Of a DNA stretch of 64,000 bases, positions 18,258 to 28,197 are shown piece by piece. The notes below the pieces were generated by a model. The model searched no databases. It was not told where the DNA came from and saw only the letters and a program-made list of their open reading frames with translations. Positions within the stretch are counted from its first letter, which is position 1, and each line of letters begins with the position of its first letter. The DNA lies in the NCBI GenBank assembly GCA_002299425.1, contig DBNW01000055.1, positions 10,949-74,948 of the forward strand, read 5' to 3'. A program made the position numbers and the translations under genes. This stretch comes from Methylococcaceae bacterium UBA662. GTDB lineage: Bacteria; Pseudomonadota; Gammaproteobacteria; Methylococcales; Methylomonadaceae.

Positions 18258-20054
18258 ATGCCAGAACACGCCCAAACCACCGCACCTTTGTATAGCTGGA
18301 AGCGCATTATCGCGATTTCGCTAAGCCACAAAAAACCCCTGCTTTGGGCCCACGGCATGGCGTTTCTGGGCACCCTCGCCAGTGTGCCGGTACCCTTGTT
18401 GATGCCGTTGTTGGTCGATGAAGTGCTGCTTAACGCACCCGGCCCGGTGATTGCCGCCATTGACTTGCTGGCACCGGTGGAATGGCGTCTGCCCATTGTT
18501 TACATTTCCGTAGTACTGCTGGCCAGTTTATTGTTGCGGTTATTGGCAATCGCCTTCAACATCGTGCAGTTACGCCAATTCACCCTCATTTCCAAAGCCA
18601 TTATTTTTCGCATCCGCGCAGACCTGATCCGGCATTTGCAAACCCTTTCCATGTCCGAATACGAAACCTTGGGTAGCGGCACCGTCGTCACTCATTTAGT
18701 GACAGACTTAGACACCCTAGACCATTTCATCGGCAGCACGGTTAGTAAAATGTTGATAGCGGTGCTGACCATCCTCGGCACGGCGGCCATTTTATTATGG
18801 ATGCACTGGCAGTTAGGTCTGTTTATCCTGTTGCTGAACCCGGTGGTCATTTACTTTACCAAGGTCGTCGGTTCCAAAGTTAAAGACTTAAAAAACAAGG
18901 AAAATTCTGCCTACGAGGTGTTCCAGCAAGCCCTCACCGAAACCCTGGAAGCGATCCACCAAATCCGCGCCAGCAACCGCGAACAGCATTACTGCCAACA
19001 ACTGATTTCTGCGGCCCAATCGGTGCAAATTCAAGCGACTAATTTTGCCTGGAAAAGCGATGCAGCAAGCCGCTTGAGTTTTTTGGTGTTTTTATTTGGC
19101 TTTGACATTTTCCGTGCCTGCGCCATGTTGATGGTGTTCTACTCAGACCTGACTATTGGGCAAATGCTGGGGGTTTTCGGTTATTTATGGTTCATGATGG
19201 CACCCGTGCAAGAGGTGTTAAATATCCAGTACGCCTATTATGCCGCCAAAGCCGCCTTGCGCCGGGTCAACCGTCTGGCCAGTTTGCACCAGGAACCGCA
19301 ATACCCCCACTTGGCCAATCCGTTTTTGGGCAACCGGACCGTTTCCGTGCGGGTGCGAAACCTGCATTTCAGCTACGGCGAGGAAAAAATCCTCAACGGC
19401 ATTAACCTACAGATTAAAGCCGGGGAAAAAGTGGCCTTAGTCGGAGCCAGCGGCGGCGGCAAATCGACCTTAATTCAAACCTTAATTGGCTTGTACCCGA
19501 TAGACGCCGGCAACATTTATTTCAACAATGTCGCCATCGACCGCATTGGCCTAGATGTAGTCCGGGAAAACGTGGTCACTGTTTTGCAACACCCCGTTCT
19601 TTTTAACGACAGCATCCGCGCCAACCTGACCCTAGGCAGGCCCGAGACGGACGAACGGCTTTGGTCGGCCTTGGCCATTGCCCAACTGGCCAGCGTAGTA
19701 CAAGAGTTAAAACACGGTCTGGATACCGTGGTTGGCCGTCACGGCATGCGTCTGTCTGGCGGACAACGCCAGCGTCTAGCGATTGCCCGCATGGTGGTAG
19801 CCGATCCTAAAGTGGTTATTTTGGACGAGGCCACATCCGCCCTAGACACCGAGACCGAGCATAAACTGCACCAAGCCCTTGCCGATTTCTTAAAAGGCCG
19901 TACAACCATTATTATTGCCCATCGCTTAAGTGCCGTAAAACAAGCGGATCACGTTTATGTGTTTGAACAAGGGGAAATTTCTGAGCAAGGTCGACATGAC
20001 ACCTTAATCCATCAAAACGGTTTGTATGCAAAACTTTATGGCGAATACCAATAA
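18258..20054 (+). CDS. ABC exporter half-transporter (TMD plus NBD)
   Basis: GASGGGKST, LSGGQRQR, ILDEATSALD, IIAHRLS. Start moved to ATG 18258. Confidence 0.93.
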   Translation: MPEHAQTTAPLYSWKRIIAISLSHKKPLLWAHGMAFLGTLASVPVPLLMPLLVDEVLLNAPGPVIAAIDLLAPVEWRLPIVYISVVLLASLLLRLLAIAFNIVQLRQFTLISKAIIFRIRADLIRHLQTLSMSEYETLGSGTVVTHLVTDLDTLDHFIGSTVSKMLIAVLTILGTAAILLWMHWQLGLFILLLNPVVIYFTKVVGSKVKDLKNKENSAYEVFQQALTETLEAIHQIRASNREQHYCQQLISAAQSVQIQATNFAWKSDAASRLSFLVFLFGFDIFRACAMLMVFYSDLTIGQMLGVFGYLWFMMAPVQEVLNIQYAYYAAKAALRRVNRLASLHQEPQYPHLANPFLGNRTVSVRVRNLHFSYGEEKILNGINLQIKAGEKVALVGASGGGKSTLIQTLIGLYPIDAGNIYFNNVAIDRIGLDVVRENVVTVLQHPVLFNDSIRANLTLGRPETDERLWSALAIAQLASVVQELKHGLDTVVGRHGMRLSGGQRQRLAIARMVVADPKVVILDEATSALDTETEHKLHQALADFLKGRTTIIIAHRLSAVKQADHVYVFEQGEISEQGRHDTLIHQNGLYAKLYGEYQ

Positions 20055-20059
20055 CACCG

Positions 20060-20905
20060 ATGTCTGAACACTACGATTTGCATTGCCATTCCACCGCTTC
20101 CGACGGCAGCCTATCGCCTACCGCGCTTATCGAGCGCGCCTGGAAAAAAAGCGTCACCGCCTTGGCCTTGACTGACCATGACACTACGGCAGGCTTGTTA
20201 GAAGCCGGGCAAGCCGCTCAAGCCCACGGTATTTGGCTCATCAAGGGCATTGAGCTGTCCAGCAATTGGCAAGGCAAGTGCCTGCATATTGTCGGCCTAG
20301 GCATTGACCCGAACTACCCACCTTTAGCGGAAGCCAGCCACAAATTACAAAACACCCGCCGACAACGGGCAGAGAAAATTGCTGCTAAATTGGAAAAAAA
20401 ACAGATAATGGGCGCCTACCAAGCGGTCATGGACCTAGCCGGGAATGGCATGGTCACGCGCAGCCACTTTGCCGATTTTTTAGTCCGGAAAAACCATGTC
20501 GACAGCCATCAGGAAGCTTTCGACCGCTACCTTGGCAAAGGCAAGCCCGCCTATTGCAATACCGTCTGGGCGGACATGGAACTGACCATCAATTGGATAG
20601 TACAGTCGGGTGGCGTGGCTGTGCTGGCGCATCCGTTACGTTACCAACTGACGGCGCGTTGGATGGACCGATTACTAAGGGCTTTTAAGGAAGCCGGCGG
20701 CCAAGCCATAGAAGTAATCACCGGTCACTACAACCCGGATGAAATTTTCCGACTGGCTAATTTTGCCAGCCGGTTTGACTTGTCCGGATCGGTCGGGTCT
20801 GATTTTCACACGCCAGAAAACCCATGGATTGAATTGGGCAAACTGGCACCGTTGCCAAAAACTGTCAAACCCGTGTGGGATTTTCTTACGGCAAGCCGCC
20901 GCTAG
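20060..20905 (+). CDS. PHP-domain phosphoesterase (YciV/TrpH-like)
   Basis: DLHCHSTASDG, ALTDHDT, GIELS, LAHP, GSDFH. Confidence 0.92.
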   Translation: MSEHYDLHCHSTASDGSLSPTALIERAWKKSVTALALTDHDTTAGLLEAGQAAQAHGIWLIKGIELSSNWQGKCLHIVGLGIDPNYPPLAEASHKLQNTRRQRAEKIAAKLEKKQIMGAYQAVMDLAGNGMVTRSHFADFLVRKNHVDSHQEAFDRYLGKGKPAYCNTVWADMELTINWIVQSGGVAVLAHPLRYQLTARWMDRLLRAFKEAGGQAIEVITGHYNPDEIFRLANFASRFDLSGSVGSDFHTPENPWIELGKLAPLPKTVKPVWDFLTASRR

Positions 20906-20946
20906 GCAACGGTTAAAACCATCAAACCATAAGGCCACTCGCCACC

Positions 20947-21432
20947 ATGAGCTTCAGCACCGCCCGATTATGCGATCAATTCGCAGACCAGACCGAACTC
21001 CAAATCGCTCAGCCGATGTTCCAGATCTTTGGCGGAAAAACTCAGTTCCACGGCCAAATTACGCCTTTAAAAGTATTTGAAGACCACGTGTTAATCGCTG
21101 AAATACTGGCCAAAAATGGTGCCGGGCGGGTGTTGGTGATTGACGGCGGCGGCTCGCATCGGGTGGCGTTACTTGGCCAGCCGCTGGCCGCCCTAGCACT
21201 GGCAAACCACTGGTGCGGCTTGATTGTTTACGGCTGCATCCGGGATTCAGAAAGCATTGGCCAGCTACCGATTGGCATCCGCGCCCTGCATGCCCAACCC
21301 ATGCCCAGCCACAAAAAAGGCTTAGGCGAATGCGTTTCAACTGTGAATTTTGCCGGAATAAGCTTCAAAAACAACTATTTTCTGTATGCCGATACCGATG
21401 GCATTGTCGTTTCGGCAACACAATTGCTATAG
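20947..21432 (+). CDS. rraA: RraA/HMG-aldolase family protein
   Basis: [35 protein letters not shown]. Confidence 0.85.
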   Translation: MSFSTARLCDQFADQTELQIAQPMFQIFGGKTQFHGQITPLKVFEDHVLIAEILAKNGAGRVLVIDGGGSHRVALLGQPLAALALANHWCGLIVYGCIRDSESIGQLPIGIRALHAQPMPSHKKGLGECVSTVNFAGISFKNNYFLYADTDGIVVSATQLL

Positions 21433-21464
21433 AATACGGATTTTCCTACTCATTAACTCAAGAT

Positions 21465-22403
21465 ATGCAAATCGTACTCGCCAACCCCCGTGGATTTTGT
21501 GCCGGTGTAGACCGCGCCATTGAAATTGTCGATCAAGCACTGGAAACGTTTGGTGCTCCTATTTATGTACGCCATGAGGTGGTTCACAACCGCACAGTAG
21601 TGGACGGTCTAAAAGAAAAAGGTGCTGTTTTTATTGAAGATTTAACCGATGTTCCGGTCGGTTCTTATTTGATTTTCAGTGCCCACGGCGTTTCCAAACA
21701 AGTCCAGCAAGAGGCCAAGGAACGAAACCTAACGGTATTCGATGCCACTTGCCCGTTGGTCACCAAGGTGCATTTGCAGGTGGCCAAGCATGCCAAAGCA
21801 GGCCGTGAAGTGATTCTGATTGGTCATGCCGGCCATCCCGAAGTGGAAGGCACCATGGGCCAATATGAAAAATGCAGTGAAAACGGCGGCATTTACTTGG
21901 TGGAAACCCCGAACGACGTGGAAAAACTGGAAGTCCACCACCCTGACAATTTGGCCTATGTCACCCAAACCACGTTGTCGATGACCGACACCAAAGTGAT
22001 GGTGGACGCGTTGAAAGCCAAATTCAGCGGCATCCAAGAACAGAAAAAAGACGACATTTGTTATGCCACACAAAATCGCCAAGATGCCGTATACGGTCTG
22101 GCTGAACAATCTGATCTCATTTTAGTGGTCGGCTCGCCTAATAGCTCCAACTCGAACCGTCTACGGGAAATCGCCGAACAACTCGGAAAGCCCGCCCATC
22201 TAATTGACACCGCAAAAAACATGCAGCTGCAATGGTTTGAGCACGTCAATGTGGTGGGCGTGACGGCGGGTGCTTCGGCTCCTGAGGTGTTAGTGCAGGA
22301 GGTGATCGCACAATTAAAAGAATGGGGAGGGAAAACGACAGTGGAACTGCAAGGCATAGAAGAAAAAGTAGTGTTTTCTTTGCCAAAAGGCTTAAAAAAA
22401 TAA
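21465..22403 (+). CDS. ispH: 4-hydroxy-3-methylbut-2-enyl diphosphate reductase
   Basis: [55 protein letters not shown]. Start at ATG 21465. Confidence 0.97.
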   Translation: MQIVLANPRGFCAGVDRAIEIVDQALETFGAPIYVRHEVVHNRTVVDGLKEKGAVFIEDLTDVPVGSYLIFSAHGVSKQVQQEAKERNLTVFDATCPLVTKVHLQVAKHAKAGREVILIGHAGHPEVEGTMGQYEKCSENGGIYLVETPNDVEKLEVHHPDNLAYVTQTTLSMTDTKVMVDALKAKFSGIQEQKKDDICYATQNRQDAVYGLAEQSDLILVVGSPNSSNSNRLREIAEQLGKPAHLIDTAKNMQLQWFEHVNVVGVTAGASAPEVLVQEVIAQLKEWGGKTTVELQGIEEKVVFSLPKGLKK

Positions 22404-22417
22404 ATCAGGGGCACAAG

Positions 22418-22810
22418 GTGTCTGATTTGGACGGCATGCGTTTGGACAAATGGCTGTGGGCGGCGCGCTTTTACAAAACCCGCAGCCTTGCCGCCGAGGC
22501 GATTGCCGGGGGCAAGGTACACGTCAATAAACAGCGCTGCAAACCGGCCAAAGAAATCAAGGCCGGTTATGAAATTAGCATTAACAAAGACGGTTGCCAT
22601 TGGGACTTGATCGTCGTGAAACTATCCGAGCAACGCCGTCCCGCCAAAGAAGCGATGTTGCTTTATGAAGAATCCGCCGAAAGCCACGCTAAACGCCAGC
22701 AGCAAATGATTGAACAACGGGAAATGAAGGAACTGTTCCCGTTTCAAGGCTCTGACCATAAGCCCAATAAAAAAGAACGCCGCCTAATCCACCGTTTCAA
22801 GCAATTTTGA
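22418..22810 (+). CDS. hslR: Ribosome-associated heat shock protein Hsp15 (S4 domain)
   Basis: MRLDKWLWAARFYKTRSLA, KPNKKERR. GTG 22418 chosen as start. Confidence 0.9.
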   Translation: MSDLDGMRLDKWLWAARFYKTRSLAAEAIAGGKVHVNKQRCKPAKEIKAGYEISINKDGCHWDLIVVKLSEQRRPAKEAMLLYEESAESHAKRQQQMIEQREMKELFPFQGSDHKPNKKERRLIHRFKQF

Positions 22811-22827
22811 CCATTAGCATTACAAAA

Positions 22828-23160
22828 TTACAAACAGCCGGGTGGCTTAGGCAAGCCGGCCAGTTTACACGCATATTTCAGCGGTCCTGCCGGAAATAAG
22901 CCGTGTAAATAACGGCTATTGCCTTTCTCTTCGCCGAGGGCTTTCGCTACGGCTTTAGTGAACATGCGGGCGTTAGGTAAGTGCTGAAAATTCTGATAAT
23001 AAGCACGGATAAAGCGGATGATTTCCCAATGTTGGGCGGTCAATGCTATGTTTTCCGCAGCGGCCAGACGCACTGCCAAGCCTTCATTCCAAACAGACGG
23101 GTCAACCAAAAACCCCTGGGCATTGGTGACGTAAAAATTCCCATCAACGTTTACATCCAT
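22828..23160 (-). CDS. tusE: TusE/DsrC-family sulfur relay protein with two C-terminal cysteines
   Basis: GFLVD, HWEIIRFIR, GEEKGNSRYL, LFPAGP..ACKLAGLPKPPGCL. Confidence 0.9.
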   Translation of the reverse strand: MDVNVDGNFYVTNAQGFLVDPSVWNEGLAVRLAAAENIALTAQHWEIIRFIRAYYQNFQHLPNARMFTKAVAKALGEEKGNSRYLHGLFPAGPLKYACKLAGLPKPPGCL

Positions 23161-23441
23161 GATTGAATCACCTTATTTTTGACCGTCAAAGCGACCCATC
23201 CGGCATAATCAATGGTCTTTATGCCTGCCACCAATGCTTCAACCGACACCCCCCTACAGGCCAATTGGTCTTGCAATACAAACAGCCGCGCTCGAAGTGC
23301 GCAAGACTCCAGCGCACTGGCCCACGGTGCCCCAGCCAACAGGGAAAAAACGCCGTTATCCAAAAACACCACGTCATCATTCGCCGCTAGGCGGTGCAAA
23401 ATCGCTGTGTCAGTGAGCGGCTTAAAAACCAGGTGCAGCAC
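23151..23441 (-). CDS. tusB: TusB/DsrH-family sulfur relay protein (GTG start)
   Basis: MLHL, DDVVFLDNGV, DQLACRGV, IDYAGWVALTV, terminal SW; overlaps the tusE start. Confidence 0.85.
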   Translation of the reverse strand: MLHLVFKPLTDTAILHRLAANDDVVFLDNGVFSLLAGAPWASALESCALRARLFVLQDQLACRGVSVEALVAGIKTIDYAGWVALTVKNKVIQSWM

Positions 23442-23443
23442 AG

Positions 23444-23764
23444 CTACTGGCCTCCCGTCAATTTAAGCCCGGCGATGCCAGCGACTACCAGGCAAATTGA
23501 CAACAAACGCCGCCAATCGGCCGGCTCGTTCAGCAGCAAAATTCCAAAAATAGCCACGCCTATCGCCCCCATTCCCGTCCAAACGGCATAAGCCGTCCCC
23601 ACAGGCACTGATTTAAGCGCTGTCATCAGCAAATAAAAACTACTGGCCCCGGTGACACAGGTGGCGACGCTAGGCCATAGCCGAGTAAAACCTTCGTTAT
23701 ATTTAAGGCTCAAGGCAAACAGAATTTCCATGCCGCCTGCGGAAAACAATATGATCCAACTCAT
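23444..23764 (-). CDS. sugE: SMR-family exporter, SugE/Gdx-like
   Basis: E13, GFTRLWPS, PVGTAYAVWTG, GIAGLK; 4 TM helices; GGAGG RBS. Confidence 0.85.
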   Translation of the reverse strand: MSWIILFSAGGMEILFALSLKYNEGFTRLWPSVATCVTGASSFYLLMTALKSVPVGTAYAVWTGMGAIGVAIFGILLLNEPADWRRLLSICLVVAGIAGLKLTGGQ

Positions 23765-23970
23765 TTCAACCTCCCGTTAAAAGCGGCTATTTTACGGCAT
23801 CACTGGCGGTTTTTTGGCAACAACGGCACCGAACGGCGAAATGCCACTGCAAAAAAATTTGCCTATAATGGTGATGCTTGAATAGTGGCTGGAACTTTTG
23901 GCCAGCCAACAAAACGCTAAGCACGGCTTAAAGCAAAATATCCCAATAATAAATTTTAAGGGGCAAGGGC

Positions 23971-24597
23971 ATGAAAGACTTTTCAAAAAAAATCATCAAT
24001 TACTTTTTGATCGGCATTTTCGCGATCATACCCATCGTTATCATCTTGCAAATCATTATTTTTTTAAAAGAATTGGTTTCTGATCTATTCACTGGCGTTT
24101 ACGGGTACTCTGACAGCTATTCGTACACCCTGCTGTTTTTCTCGCTCAGCTTTTTTATCATCGTTTTCATCGGTTACAAAATTGTCAAAACCGGCAGGCC
24201 CTGGGTCATTACTGCCTTTGACCACATCATCGAGAAGATCCCGTTTTTAAGCACCATCTACCGGGTGACAAAAAAAGTGATGAATCTGTTTTTTTATTCG
24301 CATGACCAAAAAATTGCCAAGGAAGTTGTTTATGTGGAGTATCCAAGCCCAGGCATTTGGGTGCCCGCTTATGTCACCAACCGCCATGAAAATATGTATG
24401 TCTTGTTTATTCCCACTTCACCCAACCCCACCTCTGGTTTTACAGTGATTGTGGACAGGGAAAAAATCGTGTTCTCTGCCATGGACATCGAAGAAGCCAC
24501 CAGTTTTATCGTCAGCGTCGGGGTCGATTATGAGAAATTGAATGAAATGGCCACGCTCAAGAACAACACGATTCCAGCCAGCAACACACCGTCTTAA
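23971..24597 (+). CDS. DUF502 membrane protein
   Basis: IEKIPFLSTIY, VYVEYP, VLFIPTSPNPTSGF, MDIEEATSFIVS. Confidence 0.88.
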   Translation: MKDFSKKIINYFLIGIFAIIPIVIILQIIIFLKELVSDLFTGVYGYSDSYSYTLLFFSLSFFIIVFIGYKIVKTGRPWVITAFDHIIEKIPFLSTIYRVTKKVMNLFFYSHDQKIAKEVVYVEYPSPGIWVPAYVTNRHENMYVLFIPTSPNPTSGFTVIVDREKIVFSAMDIEEATSFIVSVGVDYEKLNEMATLKNNTIPASNTPS

Positions 24598-24635
24598 AAA
24601 ACAATTCACACTTTTTTAATTTAAGGAGACCCTAA

Positions 24636-25184
24636 ATGAATGCAAAAATAATTATGCGGACGGGTGAAGCACTGGTGGCCGGCGGCCCGCTAGGTACCGC
24701 TGCGGAACCTGAAATTGTCATTGGCGAGCTGGACGGCCCTGTCGGTGTCGCCCTGGCTACTTTAATGGGCAACCAAGCCCAAGGCCATTCCAAGGTGTTC
24801 GCCATTTTGAACACCGGTATTCAAGTCCGGCCCGCTACCTTAATGGTGAGCAAAGTGACGGTAAACAACAGCCGTTACACCAATATTTTGATGGGCACGG
24901 TGCAGGCGGCTATTGCCAATGGCGTCTTAGATGCCGTGCGAGCCGGGGACATCCCGAAAGAAAAAGCCCATGATTTAGGCATCATTTGCTCTGTATGGCT
25001 CAACCCTAGTGTGATAAAAGACGACAACCTAGACCATCGGATTTTATTCGATATCCACCGTAAGGCCATGGCCGAGGCCATTCACAAAGCCATGACTTAC
25101 ACCCCGGATATCGACTGGTTACTGGACAACCAAAATAAAATCATCCACAAATACTTTCAGATGGGATTAGACGGGAAAATTTGA
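24636..25184 (+). CDS. fae: Formaldehyde-activating enzyme (Fae) paralogue
   Basis: GEALV, RPATLMVSKVTV, VQAAIANGVLDAV; AAGGAG RBS; catalytic His position reads Glu. Confidence 0.8.
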   Translation: MNAKIIMRTGEALVAGGPLGTAAEPEIVIGELDGPVGVALATLMGNQAQGHSKVFAILNTGIQVRPATLMVSKVTVNNSRYTNILMGTVQAAIANGVLDAVRAGDIPKEKAHDLGIICSVWLNPSVIKDDNLDHRILFDIHRKAMAEAIHKAMTYTPDIDWLLDNQNKIIHKYFQMGLDGKI

Positions 25185-25275
25185 TTTTGCCAACATCCTG
25201 GTTAGCTGGCTTGGCTCTTACACAAAAGTCTAACAGGTCAAGCCTTTTTGTTTCGGAGCACCGTGAATCACGGGG

Positions 25276-27222
25276 TCAGCTTTGCGATTCAAGCCCCCGG
25301 GCGTCTAATTGCATGGCTTTAATAATAATGGCCAGTTCCTCCCGTTTCCTTTTCATTGGTTCCAACTCGGCCTCCAGACTGGCAATGCTGTCACTGACAC
25401 TGCCTTTTGAGGCATTGATTTTCCTGAGCATTTGCAAACGACTTTCAATTTGTTTTTTATGCTCTTTGATTTGATAAATCAATGGGTTCAGTGCTCCATT
25501 GCTCCAGGTGATGGCATCGGTCTGGGCGTGTTTGATGATGCTGCGAGCTTTGGCGATTAACGTACTGTAAAGCTTTTCGACCACCAGATTTTGCTCCGTC
25601 ATGGTCACGCGTGTGCTGGTGCGGAACGCTTCTCCTTCTTCGAAAACTTGCTCCAGCTCTATTTGGTAATTTTTGACCGAGAACACCGGCAGCTCTACGT
25701 CTTTAAAACCGTGTTCGTCCTTGAATTTTTTGTGAATCGCCAGCACCAGGCGGCGGGTTTCATTGGTGGTATCGATGGCGTTTTGCAGCAAGTCCCTAAG
25801 GTCATCAAACAATTGCCGTATGTGTTGCTTCATACCGTAAGTGGTGAGGCTCTTGGAAATTCCATGCCTTGCTGTATTAACGATCGTATCAACCCGCTCG
25901 TCGGAAAAAGCGTCGATGAGCATTTTTGCCTGGACAATAAAAACCCGCCGACTACTTTGGAAATTTTCTACATTGGCCATGTAAGCATTTTGCTTGTCAC
26001 GGGTTTCGGCCATTAATTTTCCGGTTATATCTTGATTGCGAAAATCAATTTTTTTGAATTCCTCCATCTGTCCAGAGGCGTGTTTTAGCGAGGAATTGAC
26101 TAGGCTGTAGGATTCACTCACCAAGCTACCCACATCCCGGACCACCGTGTTTATCATGATGCTGCGCTTTTGCTTTAGGATGTCGGTCGCTAAAAAATTC
26201 TCTAAGGAGGGTAACTGGCTTTTTTGCAAAAGGCTGTCGTCGCCTTTAACTTTGGCCAGCAACGCTTGCTTGGCTGAGATGGGAAAAATAGAATGCTCGT
26301 CAATTTTTAAGATAGCCGCAGACGCCTTGATCTGTGATTTAATCGATGCTTCATAGTGGGCATTGGCACCGCCGATGTCGTCCCACATGGCGTCAATTTT
26401 GTTCATCACCACGGCCAGACTTTGGGTTTTACCGCTCCGAGCACGGCTGATATGGGTGAGCCAGATTTCCAAATCGCTTTTTGTGACGCCCGTGTCTGCC
26501 GCCAGTATAAAAATGATAGCCTGGGAACTGGGCAACATGCTCAAGGTAAGCTCCGGTTCCGTACCCAAGGCATTTAATCCTGGCGTGTCGATGATGGACA
26601 AGCCTTGTTGCAACAAAGGATGAGGAAAACTGATCAAGGCGTGCCGCCAACAGGGGATTTCCACTTCGCTAGGGTTGGTAACACCACGGCTGGCCGCTTC
26701 TTGTTCATCCCACAAACCCAGGCGGTCAGCCATTGCCAAATCAACTTTTTTCGTGGCGATCAGCTCCTTGAACGTTTCCTGCATTTGAGTAGGGGCGTTC
26801 GGGTTTAACTTGAACTCGGTCCAACGTTCAGGCTTTTGCTTAAATTCAGCTAAGGAAATATCTTCTAAGCGGCTTTCGATGTTCAACAGACGCAGGTAGC
26901 TACCGCCTTTTTCATCGTAAAAAATTTCGGTCGGCGACATGGTGGTCCGGCCTGGGGAAGACGGCAGCAACCTGACCCCGGTTTCAGCAAAAAACAAGGC
27001 ATTGATCAGTTCTGTTTTGCCACGGGAAAACTCGGCGACAAAGGCGAGGGTGATGCGGTCATTTTGCAGACCATTGAGGGTATTTAAAATACTGTTGGTG
27101 CTATGGGCATTATTCAAACCATACCGGTTTAGCCATTCATGATACATTTCAACGGACTGCGCTAAATGCACTCGCCATTGCGAGTATTCGTGCATCTTCT
27201 CTTTAAATTCCAAATTCCTCAT
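25276..27222 (-). CDS. Bacterial dynamin-like GTPase
   Basis: G1 AEFSRGKT, G2 RTT, G3 DTPG, G4 NKID, followed by a long helical/coiled-coil C-terminus; 648 aa. Confidence 0.82.
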   Translation of the reverse strand: MRNLEFKEKMHEYSQWRVHLAQSVEMYHEWLNRYGLNNAHSTNSILNTLNGLQNDRITLAFVAEFSRGKTELINALFFAETGVRLLPSSPGRTTMSPTEIFYDEKGGSYLRLLNIESRLEDISLAEFKQKPERWTEFKLNPNAPTQMQETFKELIATKKVDLAMADRLGLWDEQEAASRGVTNPSEVEIPCWRHALISFPHPLLQQGLSIIDTPGLNALGTEPELTLSMLPSSQAIIFILAADTGVTKSDLEIWLTHISRARSGKTQSLAVVMNKIDAMWDDIGGANAHYEASIKSQIKASAAILKIDEHSIFPISAKQALLAKVKGDDSLLQKSQLPSLENFLATDILKQKRSIMINTVVRDVGSLVSESYSLVNSSLKHASGQMEEFKKIDFRNQDITGKLMAETRDKQNAYMANVENFQSSRRVFIVQAKMLIDAFSDERVDTIVNTARHGISKSLTTYGMKQHIRQLFDDLRDLLQNAIDTTNETRRLVLAIHKKFKDEHGFKDVELPVFSVKNYQIELEQVFEEGEAFRTSTRVTMTEQNLVVEKLYSTLIAKARSIIKHAQTDAITWSNGALNPLIYQIKEHKKQIESRLQMLRKINASKGSVSDSIASLEAELEPMKRKREELAIIIKAMQLDARGLESQS

Positions 27223-27335
27223 AGCAGACTCTTAATTGAAACAAACTGTGGTAAGGCAGACTTTTATTCAAGCGAAAATTTTAGCTTATCGCAGATTGTA
27301 GCTTATCTTTTAGCGTTTACCGGATTAACACCGTA

Positions 27336-27977
27336 CTAGCACACGCCATACTGCGTCTGGTAGGCGCGCAGTGCGGTAACTTCAGGTACTGCACCGGTTT
27401 CCGCCAAGTAGGTGATCAGGATGTCTAAGGAAACAACCGCAACCACCGGCACACCGTAGTCTACGGCAACTTGCTGGATGGCGGACAATGAACCTAGGCC
27501 CCTTTCTTGCCGGTCCAGCGCGCAAACCACCCCGGCCAGGCAAGCACCCGCAGACTGGATAATGGCGGCTGATTCCTTGACTGAGGTTCCGGCACTAATC
27601 ACATCGTCCACCATCACCACCTTGCCGTGCAACGCAGCTCCCACCAACATCCCACCCTCACCGTGGTCTTTAGCCTCTTTTCGGTTAAAGGCATAGGGCA
27701 TGTCCACACCGGAAAGCCGGGCGTATGCCATCGCGGTGCCTGCGACCAATGGAATACCCTTGTAGGCAGGGCCGTACAGGATGTCGATGGGCCATTCAGA
27801 GTGCAGCAACACTTGGGCATAGAACTCGCTTAACTTAGCAAGCCTCATCCCCGTATTAAACAATCCGGTGTTAAAAAAATAAGGGCTTATGCGGCCTGAT
27901 TTCAACAGGAATTCACCAAATTTAAGTGCTCCACAAGACAAACAATAAGCAATGAATTCGCGTTGGTATTCGTGCAT
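27336..27977 (-). CDS. pyrE: Orotate phosphoribosyltransferase
   Basis: LKSGRISPYFFN, GPAYKGIPL, NRKEAKDHGEGG, VDDVISAG. Confidence 0.97.
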   Translation of the reverse strand: MHEYQREFIAYCLSCGALKFGEFLLKSGRISPYFFNTGLFNTGMRLAKLSEFYAQVLLHSEWPIDILYGPAYKGIPLVAGTAMAYARLSGVDMPYAFNRKEAKDHGEGGMLVGAALHGKVVMVDDVISAGTSVKESAAIIQSAGACLAGVVCALDRQERGLGSLSAIQQVAVDYGVPVVAVVSLDILITYLAETGAVPEVTALRAYQTQYGVC

Positions 27978-28197
27978 AGACAGTTTAATAAAGTAGGGCG
28001 GGTCTCAGGTAAAGCAAAATACATGCCTTAAAAAAAATAAGACCAATAGACTGATTTTAAAGTTAACTTTAAAAACACCATGGCAGCAGAACCCGATTGA
28101 ATGCCAAAATGTGCCGATTACTGACAAACATTGTCAGGTATTCTACCACCCCAAAAAACCGGCGCTAGAAACAAATCAAACAATGGGCGCCGACTGC

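Noticed and set aside
23765-23880. Guanidine-II (mini-ykkC) riboswitch upstream of sugE
   Set aside because: ACGG motifs occur only on the non-coding strand; no paired ACGR-loop hairpins on the transcribed strand.
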